Source of the DNA: an uncultured bacterium
Lineage (GTDB): Bacteria > Oederibacteriota > Muellerivitia > Muellerivitales > Muellerivitaceae
DNA: 38,713 nucleotides
Direction: 5' to 3'
Assembly: GCA_964531065.1 (NCBI GenBank)
Contig: CAZHFP010000004.1
Span: 1 to 38,713 of the forward strand
Shown here: positions 1 through 8,761 of the stretch, in pieces
Layout of the letters: every line of letters starts with the position of its first letter
Position numbering within the stretch: the first letter of the stretch is position 1
Translations under genes and position numbers: made by a program
Notes under the pieces: generated by a model
What the model was told of the DNA's origin: nothing
Seen by the model: the letters and a program-made list of their open reading frames with translations, nothing else
Database searches by the model: none

Positions 1-649
1 CGGCGCTTTGGATCATCCGCCGGGCTTCCGGCGAATCTTTTCCCGAACAAAAATCTTTTTCACGTACGCCGAATTTTTTCAACTCATGCCGGGGATAATA
101 GAGGCGGCCTCTTTTGATATCCATGGAGGTGTCTTGCCAAAAGTTAATGAGCTGGAGGCCTGAGCAAATAAAATCCGAGTAGCGGTGGAGTTTTTCCTCC
201 CGGTAGCCATGAATGAGCAGAACCATTCGGCCGACGGGATTGGCGCTGTGGCGGCAGTAGTCAAGAAGGGAATTCCAGGTGGAGTAGCGGTGTTGGGAAA
301 GATCCATTCGAAAAGCCCTTAATAGGGCCAGAGGTAGGTCCGGCGGTATTTTAAAAATTTTAACGGTGTGAGCGAAAGCCTGAAGGGCTGCCGGGGATTT
401 TTTGCCGCCGAGAGCCGCTTTAAATCCTCTTTCCCACCGGTTGATTTCCAGGAGCCTTCGCCCTTCAAATCGATCCTCATCGGCGAAGTCATCGGCGGTC
501 CTGGCGAAAGCATACAAAGCGGCTACATGGGGCCGAACCTCGGCGGAAAGAAGCAGGGATGCCACCGGGAAATTTTCGTAATGCCCGAACGCCAATTTTT
601 GGCATTGACCGTAGGCCTGCTTTAAGTGGGAAGGAATGAGAGAATCCAT
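1..649 (-). CDS. hpnC: Squalene synthase, HpnC type (squalene/phytoene synthase family); 3' end cut by the window edge
   Basis: Absent from the ORF track because it has no stop in the window. My minus-strand translation from the ATG at 649-647 reads MDSLIPSHLKQAYGQCQKLAFGHYENFPVASLLLSAEVRPHVAALYAFARTADDFADE...LDYCRHSANPVGRMVLLIHG...INFWQDTSMDIKRGRLYYP. The HYENFPVAS and ARTADDxADE signatures are typical of HpnC. Confidence 0.8.
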   Translation of the reverse strand, partial: MDSLIPSHLKQAYGQCQKLAFGHYENFPVASLLLSAEVRPHVAALYAFARTADDFADEDRFEGRRLLEINRWERGFKAALGGKKSPAALQAFAHTVKIFKIPPDLPLALLRAFRMDLSQHRYSTWNSLLDYCRHSANPVGRMVLLIHGYREEKLHRYSDFICSGLQLINFWQDTSMDIKRGRLYYPRHELKKFGVREKDFCSGKDSPEARRMIQSA

Positions 650-903
650 GGCATCAGGATAAGGGGAGAGGGGCGTTGAGATAAATACCTATTTATTGTT
701 GAAGGTGCTTTGCGGTTTCTCAAGGGATTTATCCGTTTGAATTCTTCCAGGCGGTTATTTTCGGCGTCCACGACCGTCAACATTTCCCGCCGAGTCCACA
801 GCTGGGTCGGTGGATCCGTTGCATTGGCCATCCGGGGCGCCTCGTTCACCCTATGGACCCCGAAATTCCAAGTCCTTTTGGAAAAATAAATTTCACCGTC
901 CAT
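622..903 (-). CDS. Hypothetical 93-aa protein; overlaps the hpnC start by 28 nt
   Basis: The only support is an ATG-initiated ORF in an otherwise ORF-free spacer. I recognise no motif. It could be spurious. Confidence 0.25.
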   Translation of the reverse strand: MDGEIYFSKRTWNFGVHRVNEAPRMANATDPPTQLWTRREMLTVVDAENNRLEEFKRINPLRNRKAPSTINRYLSQRPSPLILMPWILSFLPT

Positions 904-1015
904 AAAATCATTATTTCAACCAAAAAACAACAAATTAAACGCGCTCCCAAATTTTAAAAGAACCAAATTTTATTCATGAAGGTGTAAACTTCTCTCAGTT
1001 TACCTTTCCTTCGGA

Positions 1016-2113
1016 TTGGATCACAGGAATTTTTATTACATGACCTTCAATAAAAATTTTTTCCTAGGAGCTTTCCTTTCTTTTGTCTTGTTGGTTCTGG
1101 GAGCCGAGGTCCTACTCCGTGCGACCGTTCCGGCCGGTTTTTGGTACAGGCATTTCGATTTTTCAGGAGACATGACTAGTTTGGCGGAGCTGCGGGACCG
1201 GATCCAATCGATTCATCCCCCCGAAGGGTTGGATTTGTTATTGGGGGACAGTGTTTTGGGTGCCAGTGCCTTGATGGAACACAGGGTCCCCGAAGCGCGA
1301 AACAAAACCCTGTCTCGGCTATTGGCCGATTTATTGAAATCACCTAACCACGTTTCGATGAGTTTAGGCTCAGATGGGTTTTTACTTCCGGATATAGAGG
1401 GAGTAACGGCTGAAATTTTAAAACATCCTCCCGCCAGAATTCTCCTGCTTCTCAATTTTAGGATGTTCGCTAAAAATTTCGACGAAGGTCCCAACGCCCT
1501 TTCGCGGAATTTTCTTTTGGGAAACTTACCTTTGGAAATTCAAAAAAAACTAGCGCCCGCAACCCCTCCGACGGAAGAATCCCAACTGAGTGATCGGCTT
1601 TACGCCGCGATGTGCGACCATTGGTTTCTTTTCCGCGAAGCGCAGATGGCCAAGACGCTTTGGTATTACCCCAGTCAAAAGGATTTTTTTCAAAGGCGTT
1701 TGGAACAAATCATGGGCCAAAACGAAGATCAAGAGGAAATGGCGGAAGCGGCGCTAAAGTTAAAAACCGCCGATTATTACCAGGCATATCTGTGGGATAA
1801 AGACGGTCTTCCTTTCCAGTGCCTGAAACAATGCCTTCAACAATGGAACCAAATGCACATACCCGTGGTGGTAGTGTTGACCCCTCAGAACAAAAAATTT
1901 TTAGGAAAGGCCTTGGACAAGCCCAGTTTTGAAAAAAACAAAAGAGCCCTGGCGTCCTTTATGAAACTCTATGCCGTCAGGGGCATACGCTATCAAGATT
2001 GGTCCAACCGTTATCCTTCTTCTTTTTTTCTGGACCATTGCCATCTAAATTTTGAAGGAAACCAGCATTACGCCGGAGATTTAGCGGAAGTTTTAAAAGG
2101 GGTCGCTCCATGA
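1016..2113 (+). CDS. Membrane-anchored SGNH/DltD-like protein, the putative periplasmic partner of the adjacent MBOAT
   Basis: It has an N-terminal TM helix (FFLGAFLSFVLLVLGAEVLL), a GDS block (LLLGDSVLGA) and a C-terminal DxxH block (FLDHCHLNFEGN). Its stop overlaps the next ORF (ATGA at 2110-2113). The ORF-track start at 1016 is TTG; the ATG at 1040 (MTFNKNFF) is an alternative start. Confidence 0.6.
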   Translation: MDHRNFYYMTFNKNFFLGAFLSFVLLVLGAEVLLRATVPAGFWYRHFDFSGDMTSLAELRDRIQSIHPPEGLDLLLGDSVLGASALMEHRVPEARNKTLSRLLADLLKSPNHVSMSLGSDGFLLPDIEGVTAEILKHPPARILLLLNFRMFAKNFDEGPNALSRNFLLGNLPLEIQKKLAPATPPTEESQLSDRLYAAMCDHWFLFREAQMAKTLWYYPSQKDFFQRRLEQIMGQNEDQEEMAEAALKLKTADYYQAYLWDKDGLPFQCLKQCLQQWNQMHIPVVVVLTPQNKKFLGKALDKPSFEKNKRALASFMKLYAVRGIRYQDWSNRYPSSFFLDHCHLNFEGNQHYAGDLAEVLKGVAP

Positions 2114-2232
2114 AGAATCATGACTTCTGGAAAGGGATCGGGTGGGGGGCGGTTTTATTCGTGCTTTTCCTGGCGATCCTTCTTTTTTCAGGCGACCTAT
2201 CCGCCTCTAAATTCATTTATGTGGATTTTTAA
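2110..2232 (+). CDS. Unannotated 40-aa single-TM miniprotein with a DltX-like C-terminal motif (KFIYVDF)
   Basis: Below the ORF-track size cutoff. My translation is MKNHDFWKGIGWGAVLFVLFLAILLFSGDLSASKFIYVDF*. The ATG overlaps the upstream stop (ATGA), and its TAA is immediately followed by the MBOAT ATG (TAAATG). It has one hydrophobic helix followed by an F-I-Y-x-[DE]-F tail. Confidence 0.55.
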   Translation: MKNHDFWKGIGWGAVLFVLFLAILLFSGDLSASKFIYVDF

Positions 2233-3438
2233 ATGATTTTCAACACCAGTTGGTTCCTGATTTTTTTCCTACTCTTTTATTTTTTCCTTTGGTTTGTGCC
2301 GAACCCCCGTTTGAGGTTTTTTTACCTGTTGGCCTGCAGCGCCATTTTTCATTACCACTTCGCCGGGCCCGCGGGAGTCACCCCGATTATTTTTATGGCG
2401 GTCCTTACTTTCTTTTGGGCGAAGTGGATCGTGAAATTTCCCGAAGGGAGCTCGGAAAAAAAATGGGTATTGGGGGGAGCCCTACTTGTTCCTGTAACGG
2501 GCCTTCTTTTTTATAAGTATCAAGCCCTTGTGTTTGGTTCGTTAGGAGCCGCCCTGGGGGATCGGGCGGGCGGATGGTTCACGGCCCACGCGCTTCAGCG
2601 GGCCATGCCGCTGGCGATTTCTTTTTTTACCTTTGAGTTTGTTCATTACCTGACTGATATTTATTATGGGAAGGGTGAACCCGTAAGGAATCCTTTCAAA
2701 TTCGCCATTTTTTGTATTTTCTTTCCGTCCATTGTTTCGGGACCGATCAAGCGGTTTCAACCCTTTTTGGCCCAACTGGAAGACGGGCTCCAGCGGCCGC
2801 CCGTCCAAAAGGCCTTGCTGGGATTGGCCCAGCTGTTGCTTGGATTTTTTAAGAAGCTAGTCATCGCGGATAACGCCACCATCCTCATCCACCTTTTAGA
2901 AAAGAGGACCAATTTGAGCACGGGTCCATGCTGCCTGTTGATGGCGCTGCTATCGATCCGCATCCTTTTCGACTTTAGCGGTTACAGCGATATTGCCATC
3001 GGATTGGGCAAGATGATCGGATTGGATCTGCCGGCTAATTTTAATTTCCCCTATATCGCCGAGAACATCACGGATTTTTGGAGGCGCTGGCACATGTCCT
3101 TGAGCAGCTGGATCCGGGATTATATTTACATACCGATGGGGGGAAATCGGTTTGGGTTGTTTCGAAAATTTTTCAATTTGATGGTCACCATGTTTGTTTG
3201 CGGCCTGTGGCACGGCGCCAGCTGGCATTTTGGAATTTGGGGTCTTTACCATGGGCTGGGCTTGGCCTCGCACAATGCTTGGGAAAAATCGAGATGGGGG
3301 CAAATGGGAAAGACCTTTCCCGGGGCCCGTTGGATCCGCGTGGGGGCCACCAACGTTTTCGTGGCCTATGGATGGCTTTTGTTTTTTTATCCCATGGACC
3401 AGGTGGTTAAAATCACCCGTCATCTTTTTTCTTTATAA
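2233..3438 (+). CDS. MBOAT-family membrane O-acyltransferase (AlgI/DltB/PatA-like)
   Basis: The protein is polytopic and hydrophobic. It carries FWRRWHMSLSSWIRDYIYIPMGGNR and CGLWHGASW, the conserved MBOAT His-containing motifs. Confidence 0.85.
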   Translation: MIFNTSWFLIFFLLFYFFLWFVPNPRLRFFYLLACSAIFHYHFAGPAGVTPIIFMAVLTFFWAKWIVKFPEGSSEKKWVLGGALLVPVTGLLFYKYQALVFGSLGAALGDRAGGWFTAHALQRAMPLAISFFTFEFVHYLTDIYYGKGEPVRNPFKFAIFCIFFPSIVSGPIKRFQPFLAQLEDGLQRPPVQKALLGLAQLLLGFFKKLVIADNATILIHLLEKRTNLSTGPCCLLMALLSIRILFDFSGYSDIAIGLGKMIGLDLPANFNFPYIAENITDFWRRWHMSLSSWIRDYIYIPMGGNRFGLFRKFFNLMVTMFVCGLWHGASWHFGIWGLYHGLGLASHNAWEKSRWGQMGKTFPGARWIRVGATNVFVAYGWLLFFYPMDQVVKITRHLFSL

Positions 3439-3451
3439 CCAGCCTTCGGAA

Positions 3452-5464
3452 TCAATGGGCGCCTTTAACGGGATCCTTATTTTCCAATCCTAAAGGGATG
3501 AGTTTCTCTTTCATGAGTTCTTGGGCCACGAGCAATGAAAAATAAATATGCCCGTTATGGTTGAAGTGATGGTTCCCTCCCGGCTCGGTAATGGGGAAAT
3601 AATTTAACCGGGTCGCGGTCATTTTGTCGGTTAAATCATGGAAGGGGATGCTCGCCGCCTGGCAGGATTCCCTCCAAAAATGACGATAGGTCTCCATGGG
3701 CAGGAGGGGGTTGCCAATCCTGTTTCCGGTTGGAAAATAGATGACGGCAAAGTCAACAGGCTTTCCCGCGGTGGTTTTCATTTGTTTTATTTTTTCGGCA
3801 AGAAGCCTCAGTGGTTTTTGTGTTATGGCCAGAAGATACTCGCGCAGCTTCGGGTCAGAAGTCATTTGGATGAAGCCCGCGAAATCTTCTTTCCCGGAAG
3901 TCACATATTTGAGATCCACGCAGCGTTGGTAAAAATCGGATAAAACCTTATCGTTGTCGATTTTCAGTCTTTCCGATATGGTTTTTTGGGTGAATTCCGC
4001 GCCATCCTGGAGGACGTCCGCTACTCCTTCCTTGTTGTAAGGTCTTTCAAAGCATCCGTTCATCTCAAAATCATTGGTGAGAAACAGCAAGACTAAATCG
4101 ACGTCAAATTTTTGGATGAGAGGCGGGTCGATGAAATAAGGCCACAAAAAAAGAGGGCTGTAGCGGTAATTATCGACGTTTAACACTTCATAATGATTTT
4201 CCGCATCGTTGAGGGAAGCCCAGGTATTGAGGAATAATTCAAGACGTTTGGGAATCATTTCCATCCGGTTAAATCCCCATGGCCAGCGTTTTTCCTGATC
4301 CCTTTCCTGCTCCTGCTGATAAAAGAGCCGGGAATCTCCCGATAACATTATTCGGAAAGCCTGAGGAGGTTTAGAAACGGGATAGGAAAAATCGAAAAGA
4401 CCGTTATCGTTAACCCGTTCTGAATTTTTATAAGCCTCAAACTCATAATCCTTAAGGCTTATAACGCAGTTCAATGTGGGGAGGCCGAAATAAAAACTTC
4501 CTTTTTGGAGAGGGTCGGCGAGGAAACCGACCGTGGGTGTGGAGGCATCAAAATGCAGAAGGTCTTCCAGTATAGAACTGCCCTTTTCCAGCAAATCACC
4601 CCAGGGTGACATGAGGGTGACCGGACCGGGATTCGGGGTGATTCTTACCCAAGGCCAATCCGCCGATTGCAAAGCGTAAAGGGTGTCCCCCGAGGAAGTC
4701 ATCGAGATGATCTTATTTCCCCTTCCCATTTCTTTGTAAGAAGCCGATGGGTTTCCGGCGGCTGTTCCGGATACGGGATCGACCTCATAGACGGAAGGCA
4801 GGTTCAAATCGGAGGCGTAAAGCTTGCCTTGGTGAAGGCATAGCGCCGCGGGATTAGGAAGTTCGGCCGAGATGGGGAAAGTTTTAATGGTTCCGGAGGA
4901 TAGGTCCAATTTTTTTAAAACTTGAAGCTGAGGCTGGGTGAAATAAACGGCATTTTCATTGGAGGCAAACGCCATTCCAAAGACATGTTCCAAAAGTCCA
5001 TGACCCTTTGAGTCAACCGAACTAGGGACGGTGGATACTTTCATGGATTTTAAGTCCAGCAGTCGGAAAAGTTTGTTGTCGGAATCATAAACCAGCAAGC
5101 GTTCTTCGGGAATAAAGAGGATCAAAGTTGGGTGATTGAAAGCCGCGGACTTAAAATCCCCATCCCGGTATCCCGCCTTGCCATCGCCGGCCAGCGTTTC
5201 GACCTTATTTTGATCCGCTAGATCTACGACCCGGATACAATGATTTTCGCTGTCGGCCACAAATAAGCGGGTATCTTTCGCGTCCAAGGCCAAGCCTGTT
5301 GGTTTGTTGAATAACGCTGAATAAAACTCGCCGTTCTTTAAACCCAAATCTCCTTCTCCGGCCACGAGGCTGATGTATCCCCACATGGGGGAAAGGGAAA
5401 AGGCTCGGGAAGAGGCCATCCAACCGATTACGGCGTAAAAGAGAATTTTTAAAATGAATCGCAT
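3452..5464 (-). CDS. Secreted NHL-repeat (beta-propeller) protein with a C-terminal SGNH/DltD-like domain, paralog A
   Basis: It has a signal peptide (MRFILKILFYAVIGWMASSRAFS) and NHL-type repeats (FNKPTGLALDAKDTRLFVADSENHCIRVVDL; FNHPTLILFIPEERLLVYDSDNKLFRLLDL). The C-terminal part has FRIMLSGDS and GGNHHFNHNGH. It aligns along its whole length with 6330-8339. Confidence 0.6.
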   Translation of the reverse strand: MRFILKILFYAVIGWMASSRAFSLSPMWGYISLVAGEGDLGLKNGEFYSALFNKPTGLALDAKDTRLFVADSENHCIRVVDLADQNKVETLAGDGKAGYRDGDFKSAAFNHPTLILFIPEERLLVYDSDNKLFRLLDLKSMKVSTVPSSVDSKGHGLLEHVFGMAFASNENAVYFTQPQLQVLKKLDLSSGTIKTFPISAELPNPAALCLHQGKLYASDLNLPSVYEVDPVSGTAAGNPSASYKEMGRGNKIISMTSSGDTLYALQSADWPWVRITPNPGPVTLMSPWGDLLEKGSSILEDLLHFDASTPTVGFLADPLQKGSFYFGLPTLNCVISLKDYEFEAYKNSERVNDNGLFDFSYPVSKPPQAFRIMLSGDSRLFYQQEQERDQEKRWPWGFNRMEMIPKRLELFLNTWASLNDAENHYEVLNVDNYRYSPLFLWPYFIDPPLIQKFDVDLVLLFLTNDFEMNGCFERPYNKEGVADVLQDGAEFTQKTISERLKIDNDKVLSDFYQRCVDLKYVTSGKEDFAGFIQMTSDPKLREYLLAITQKPLRLLAEKIKQMKTTAGKPVDFAVIYFPTGNRIGNPLLPMETYRHFWRESCQAASIPFHDLTDKMTATRLNYFPITEPGGNHHFNHNGHIYFSLLVAQELMKEKLIPLGLENKDPVKGAH

Positions 5465-5844
5465 GTTTGCCTGACCGCCTATGGATTTAATCCTACCGGG
5501 CTCTGCCGAAGGGTTTTTATACTTTTTTTTTATTATCCCGGTTCAACGTAATTATGGACGGTTTTGATTTCATTTCTTTCCGAAAAAAGCGTGAAAAAGA
5601 GGATTTTTTTCTAATTTTAACGATTTTCATGGAAAAAGGGACGAAAAGGACCGGTCCGAGAGCCGATGCAGCGGGAAATTTTCCAGAAGATGGCCGTCCT
5701 TTTGATGGCAATCACTATGGTTTGGTGGGAAAATTCTTCCGCTAAGCCGCCAGCGGCTAAAATCACACGGCTATTACCTGCAATGAGTTGCAACTTCCGA
5801 AAGATTATTTCGTCTAAATATTACAATGGTTTCAAGGAGACTTT

Positions 5845-6330
5845 ATGAAATGGATTTTGCTCTTTTTACTAGCGATAAACGCCGGGTCTTTGGGGGCGCA
5901 GGAGGCGGTCCCTTCTCCCACTCAAGTCCTGAAGCTAATGAGCCCATGGGACGGGGCTAAGGCGCCATGGGACGAGTGGTTTAAGAAAAACACGACGGCC
6001 ACGGACAAGACCGATTATGTCTATATATTTTGGGACGCGAATGATTTTAAGGGGAATTTTGAGGTGAAGGACAAAAAAAGACGGTTGGCGGAGGCCGCTC
6101 TTCAAATGGTCAAACGTCTTTATCCTTCCGATGCCACAGCCGATCTCGTGAAGCTGGATATTGGTTATATTTTAGAAAAAGATTCTTATGGTTTGCCGAA
6201 ATGGGACAGTTTGCAAAAGGTGGCGCATTTGGAATTTTTGAAATCAAAGATCCTAAAACAAGGAAAATCCCCGGTCAAATTATCGGAAGCCGTGATAAAA
6301 AAAATGTTTGATAAATTTGAGATTTATTAA
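5845..6330 (+). CDS. Secreted hypothetical protein (161 aa)
   Basis: It has a signal peptide (MKWILLFLLAINAGSLGAQE). Its stop overlaps the start of the next gene (TAATG at 6328-6332), which suggests co-translation with paralog B. I recognise no family. Confidence 0.5.
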   Translation: MKWILLFLLAINAGSLGAQEAVPSPTQVLKLMSPWDGAKAPWDEWFKKNTTATDKTDYVYIFWDANDFKGNFEVKDKKRRLAEAALQMVKRLYPSDATADLVKLDIGYILEKDSYGLPKWDSLQKVAHLEFLKSKILKQGKSPVKLSEAVIKKMFDKFEIY

Positions 6331-8339
6331 TGGGATTTTTTTTGAAGGCGCTCATTGTTTTAAGTCTTTTATTAAGCGGAGCTGGACCAGCCGGCGCCCT
6401 GGGGCCCATGTACAGTTACCATGATTTGGTGGCGGGCGAGGGGACCGCGGGAATGGAAAACGGTTTTTTTTATTCCGCCCTGTTTCATACTCCCTTAGGG
6501 ATGACCGTGGATCCGGTATCCAACCAGCTTTTCGTCGCTGATTCGGATAATCACTGCCTGAGAGTGATTGATCTTTCGGAACAAAATAAAGTGTCGACTC
6601 TGGTGGGCACCGGAAAGGCCGGTGGTACGGATGGATCTTTCGCTGTAGCGGCCTTTAACAAGCCGTCAGCGCTGGTTCTGTTACCCCGCCGGCGGATCGT
6701 TGTTTATGACAGTGGAAACGCCCGGCTGCGCCTGGTGGATTTGGATAAAAAATCGGTCGCTACATTGGCTGGAACGGGTGAAAGTGGCTCTCTGGATGGA
6801 AACGGAATAAAAGCCCAGGTGGGTCCTATTTGGAACATGGCGTACTTAGAGTCCCAGGATGCCCTTTATTTTTCCGAGCCTGAATCGGGCACGTTGAGAA
6901 AAATGGATATGAAGACTTTGGAAGTTTCCACTTTGTTGAGACATGACCCGCAAATTCCAAATCCGGCCGCCCTTTGCGTTAAGGCGGATAAGCTTTACGC
7001 GGCAGACCGAAATTTGCCGCAGGTTTACGAGCTTTTACCGGATACCAACCGACTCCTCCAAGCCCTGGCCCCGGCGATGACTCCCGCGGCCACCCCCGTT
7101 TATTTCACGAAAAATCTTGTCGCGAACGCGGAAAAAGTAATGGCCATGGCCTGGACAGGAAACTCCCTTTACGCCCTGGAAGCGAATCCCAACACACCTG
7201 TGGCTTGTTTGGCTCCGGCCCATTCGGTTGATTTTATTTCAACCTGGGGCGAACTCCTCAAAAATCCCGGACAAATGGCTTTCTTTAATGATGTCCAGAG
7301 CAATCTGCCGCTCGCATTGGTCCCGGACCCTTCTTCCGAACGTAAATTTTTCCTAAGCCATCCAGTCGAAAATATGATCACCTCGTTTCGGGACCTTTCC
7401 TTCCTCGAAGGGGTGAAAAACGAATCCTATAATTCTAACGGGTTGATGGATTTTGAGTATCCTTTGAAAAAACCAACGAATGTATTTCGGATTCTTTTGA
7501 CCGGTGATTCCCATATTTTTCACAATACTCACGGCGATGTAAACGCGGAAAATCGAATGGAACTGCCGGCGAAACGGCTTGAATTGGCATTAAATACAGC
7601 CGCGGCTATGGAAGATGCCCCGATGCGGTTTGAGGTTTTGACCCAGGCCCTGAATTCCCATGAGCCTTTGAATATTTGGACCTATTATCTGACTCCCGAT
7701 ATAGTTAAGAAGTACGACGTGGATTTGGTGCTAATGATGCAGACTTCAATCAACTATGGGGGAGGTGTTTTTACTTACTTTGAAAGGCCTTTGACCGCCG
7801 ATGAAATTCCAGCACAAAAGCTGGATCCGGAATATTTATTAAAACCTTGGACCGAAAAGGTGAAAAAAGGCTTACCGAAAGAATTATACGACCTTTGTTT
7901 GAAAAAAAAATTGGTTGAAGTGTCTTCTCAACAGCAACTTCTGTTCAAGACATTCGATGAAATGGATCAAGACCCTGAAGTTCTCGCCCTCTTGGCGAAA
8001 ATGTACTCCCGGCCCATCCAGATGTTGAAAGGAAAAATTACTTCCGTGAAAACCAGCAGCGGCGCGCCTGTTCAGTTTGCGCCCTGCTTGGTTCCCCTCC
8101 CCGCGCTTTATCCTTTCCGCCATCAACGGCCTTTTTGGAACAAGGTAAAGGATGAATTGGGTCCTCCGTTTTTGGACATGGAGGCCCCGATGACATCGTT
8201 AAGAGTCGGTTTTTTCCCCTTTACCGTCATGGACGGTTACGATCATTTCAACAGCGACGGCAATCTTTTGGTGGCTTTCATGCTCGCTTATGAATTGATT
8301 CATGACAAAATGATCCCCTTTGATTCGGTAAAAAAATAG
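6330..8339 (+). CDS. Secreted NHL-repeat (beta-propeller) protein with a C-terminal SGNH/DltD-like domain, paralog B
   Basis: It has a signal peptide (LLLSGAGPAGA) and NHL-type repeats (FHTPLGMTVDPVSNQLFVADSDNHCLRVIDL; FNKPSALVLLPRRRIVVYDSGNARLRLVDL). The C-terminal part has FRILLTGDS and DGYDHFNSDGN. Confidence 0.6.
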   Translation: MGFFLKALIVLSLLLSGAGPAGALGPMYSYHDLVAGEGTAGMENGFFYSALFHTPLGMTVDPVSNQLFVADSDNHCLRVIDLSEQNKVSTLVGTGKAGGTDGSFAVAAFNKPSALVLLPRRRIVVYDSGNARLRLVDLDKKSVATLAGTGESGSLDGNGIKAQVGPIWNMAYLESQDALYFSEPESGTLRKMDMKTLEVSTLLRHDPQIPNPAALCVKADKLYAADRNLPQVYELLPDTNRLLQALAPAMTPAATPVYFTKNLVANAEKVMAMAWTGNSLYALEANPNTPVACLAPAHSVDFISTWGELLKNPGQMAFFNDVQSNLPLALVPDPSSERKFFLSHPVENMITSFRDLSFLEGVKNESYNSNGLMDFEYPLKKPTNVFRILLTGDSHIFHNTHGDVNAENRMELPAKRLELALNTAAAMEDAPMRFEVLTQALNSHEPLNIWTYYLTPDIVKKYDVDLVLMMQTSINYGGGVFTYFERPLTADEIPAQKLDPEYLLKPWTEKVKKGLPKELYDLCLKKKLVEVSSQQQLLFKTFDEMDQDPEVLALLAKMYSRPIQMLKGKITSVKTSSGAPVQFAPCLVPLPALYPFRHQRPFWNKVKDELGPPFLDMEAPMTSLRVGFFPFTVMDGYDHFNSDGNLLVAFMLAYELIHDKMIPFDSVKK

Positions 8340-8761
8340 GGTTTCTCGAGGACTCCGCGAAAGGGTTTAAAGGTTTGCTTTCAACGGTCTTTATTTTGGG
8401 GGCCCATCCCTTAGGGGATTCGATGCGGGTTTTAAATTGAATAAACAACCATTGAATCAGGGGTTTCCCCCCGAATCATTCCGAAGCTTCCACCTAGGAA
8501 GGGAATCCCGTTGTTGGAAGAAGCATTTGCTTATCCGCTGGCTCTTGTTGTAACGATGGAGAATTAAGATCGGTGGCAGGTCATATCAAAATAAGCTTTT
8601 AGGCTTATTTTTTTGTTTCTTGAATCAGGTTCTTTTTCCGAATAAACTACAACTCTTTCCGGGTCCCTATCGGACGTTTACCCGTCAGGGCTGGGCCCCT
8701 AAAGGTCAAACACCAAGTCTGTTTTTTGATCAAGCCTCCGGCTTGATGGCTTATGGATCTC

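Noticed and set aside
2950-3423. 157-aa antisense ORF inside the MBOAT gene, and similar long antisense or alternate-frame ORFs at 19163-20148, 22973-23461, 24120-24527, 33933-34466, 35287-35691, 37330-37848 and 38234-38668
   Set aside because: All of them lie fully inside genes with strong family signatures on the other strand or frame. They have Arg/Gly/Pro-rich compositions typical of shadow ORFs.
5666-5848. 60-aa ORF ending in an ATGA overlap with the 5845 gene
   Set aside because: The hydrophobic start (MAVLLMAITMVWW) and the overlap are suggestive. However, the region is AT-rich promoter-like spacer, and the ORF has no ribosome-binding site or recognisable family. The evidence is too weak to call it.
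8413-8430. tmRNA-like 5' sequence GGGGATTCGATGCGGGTT
   Set aside because: The resemblance to the tmRNA 5' region is only superficial. I found no matching 3' acceptor or T-arm and no tag reading frame nearby.
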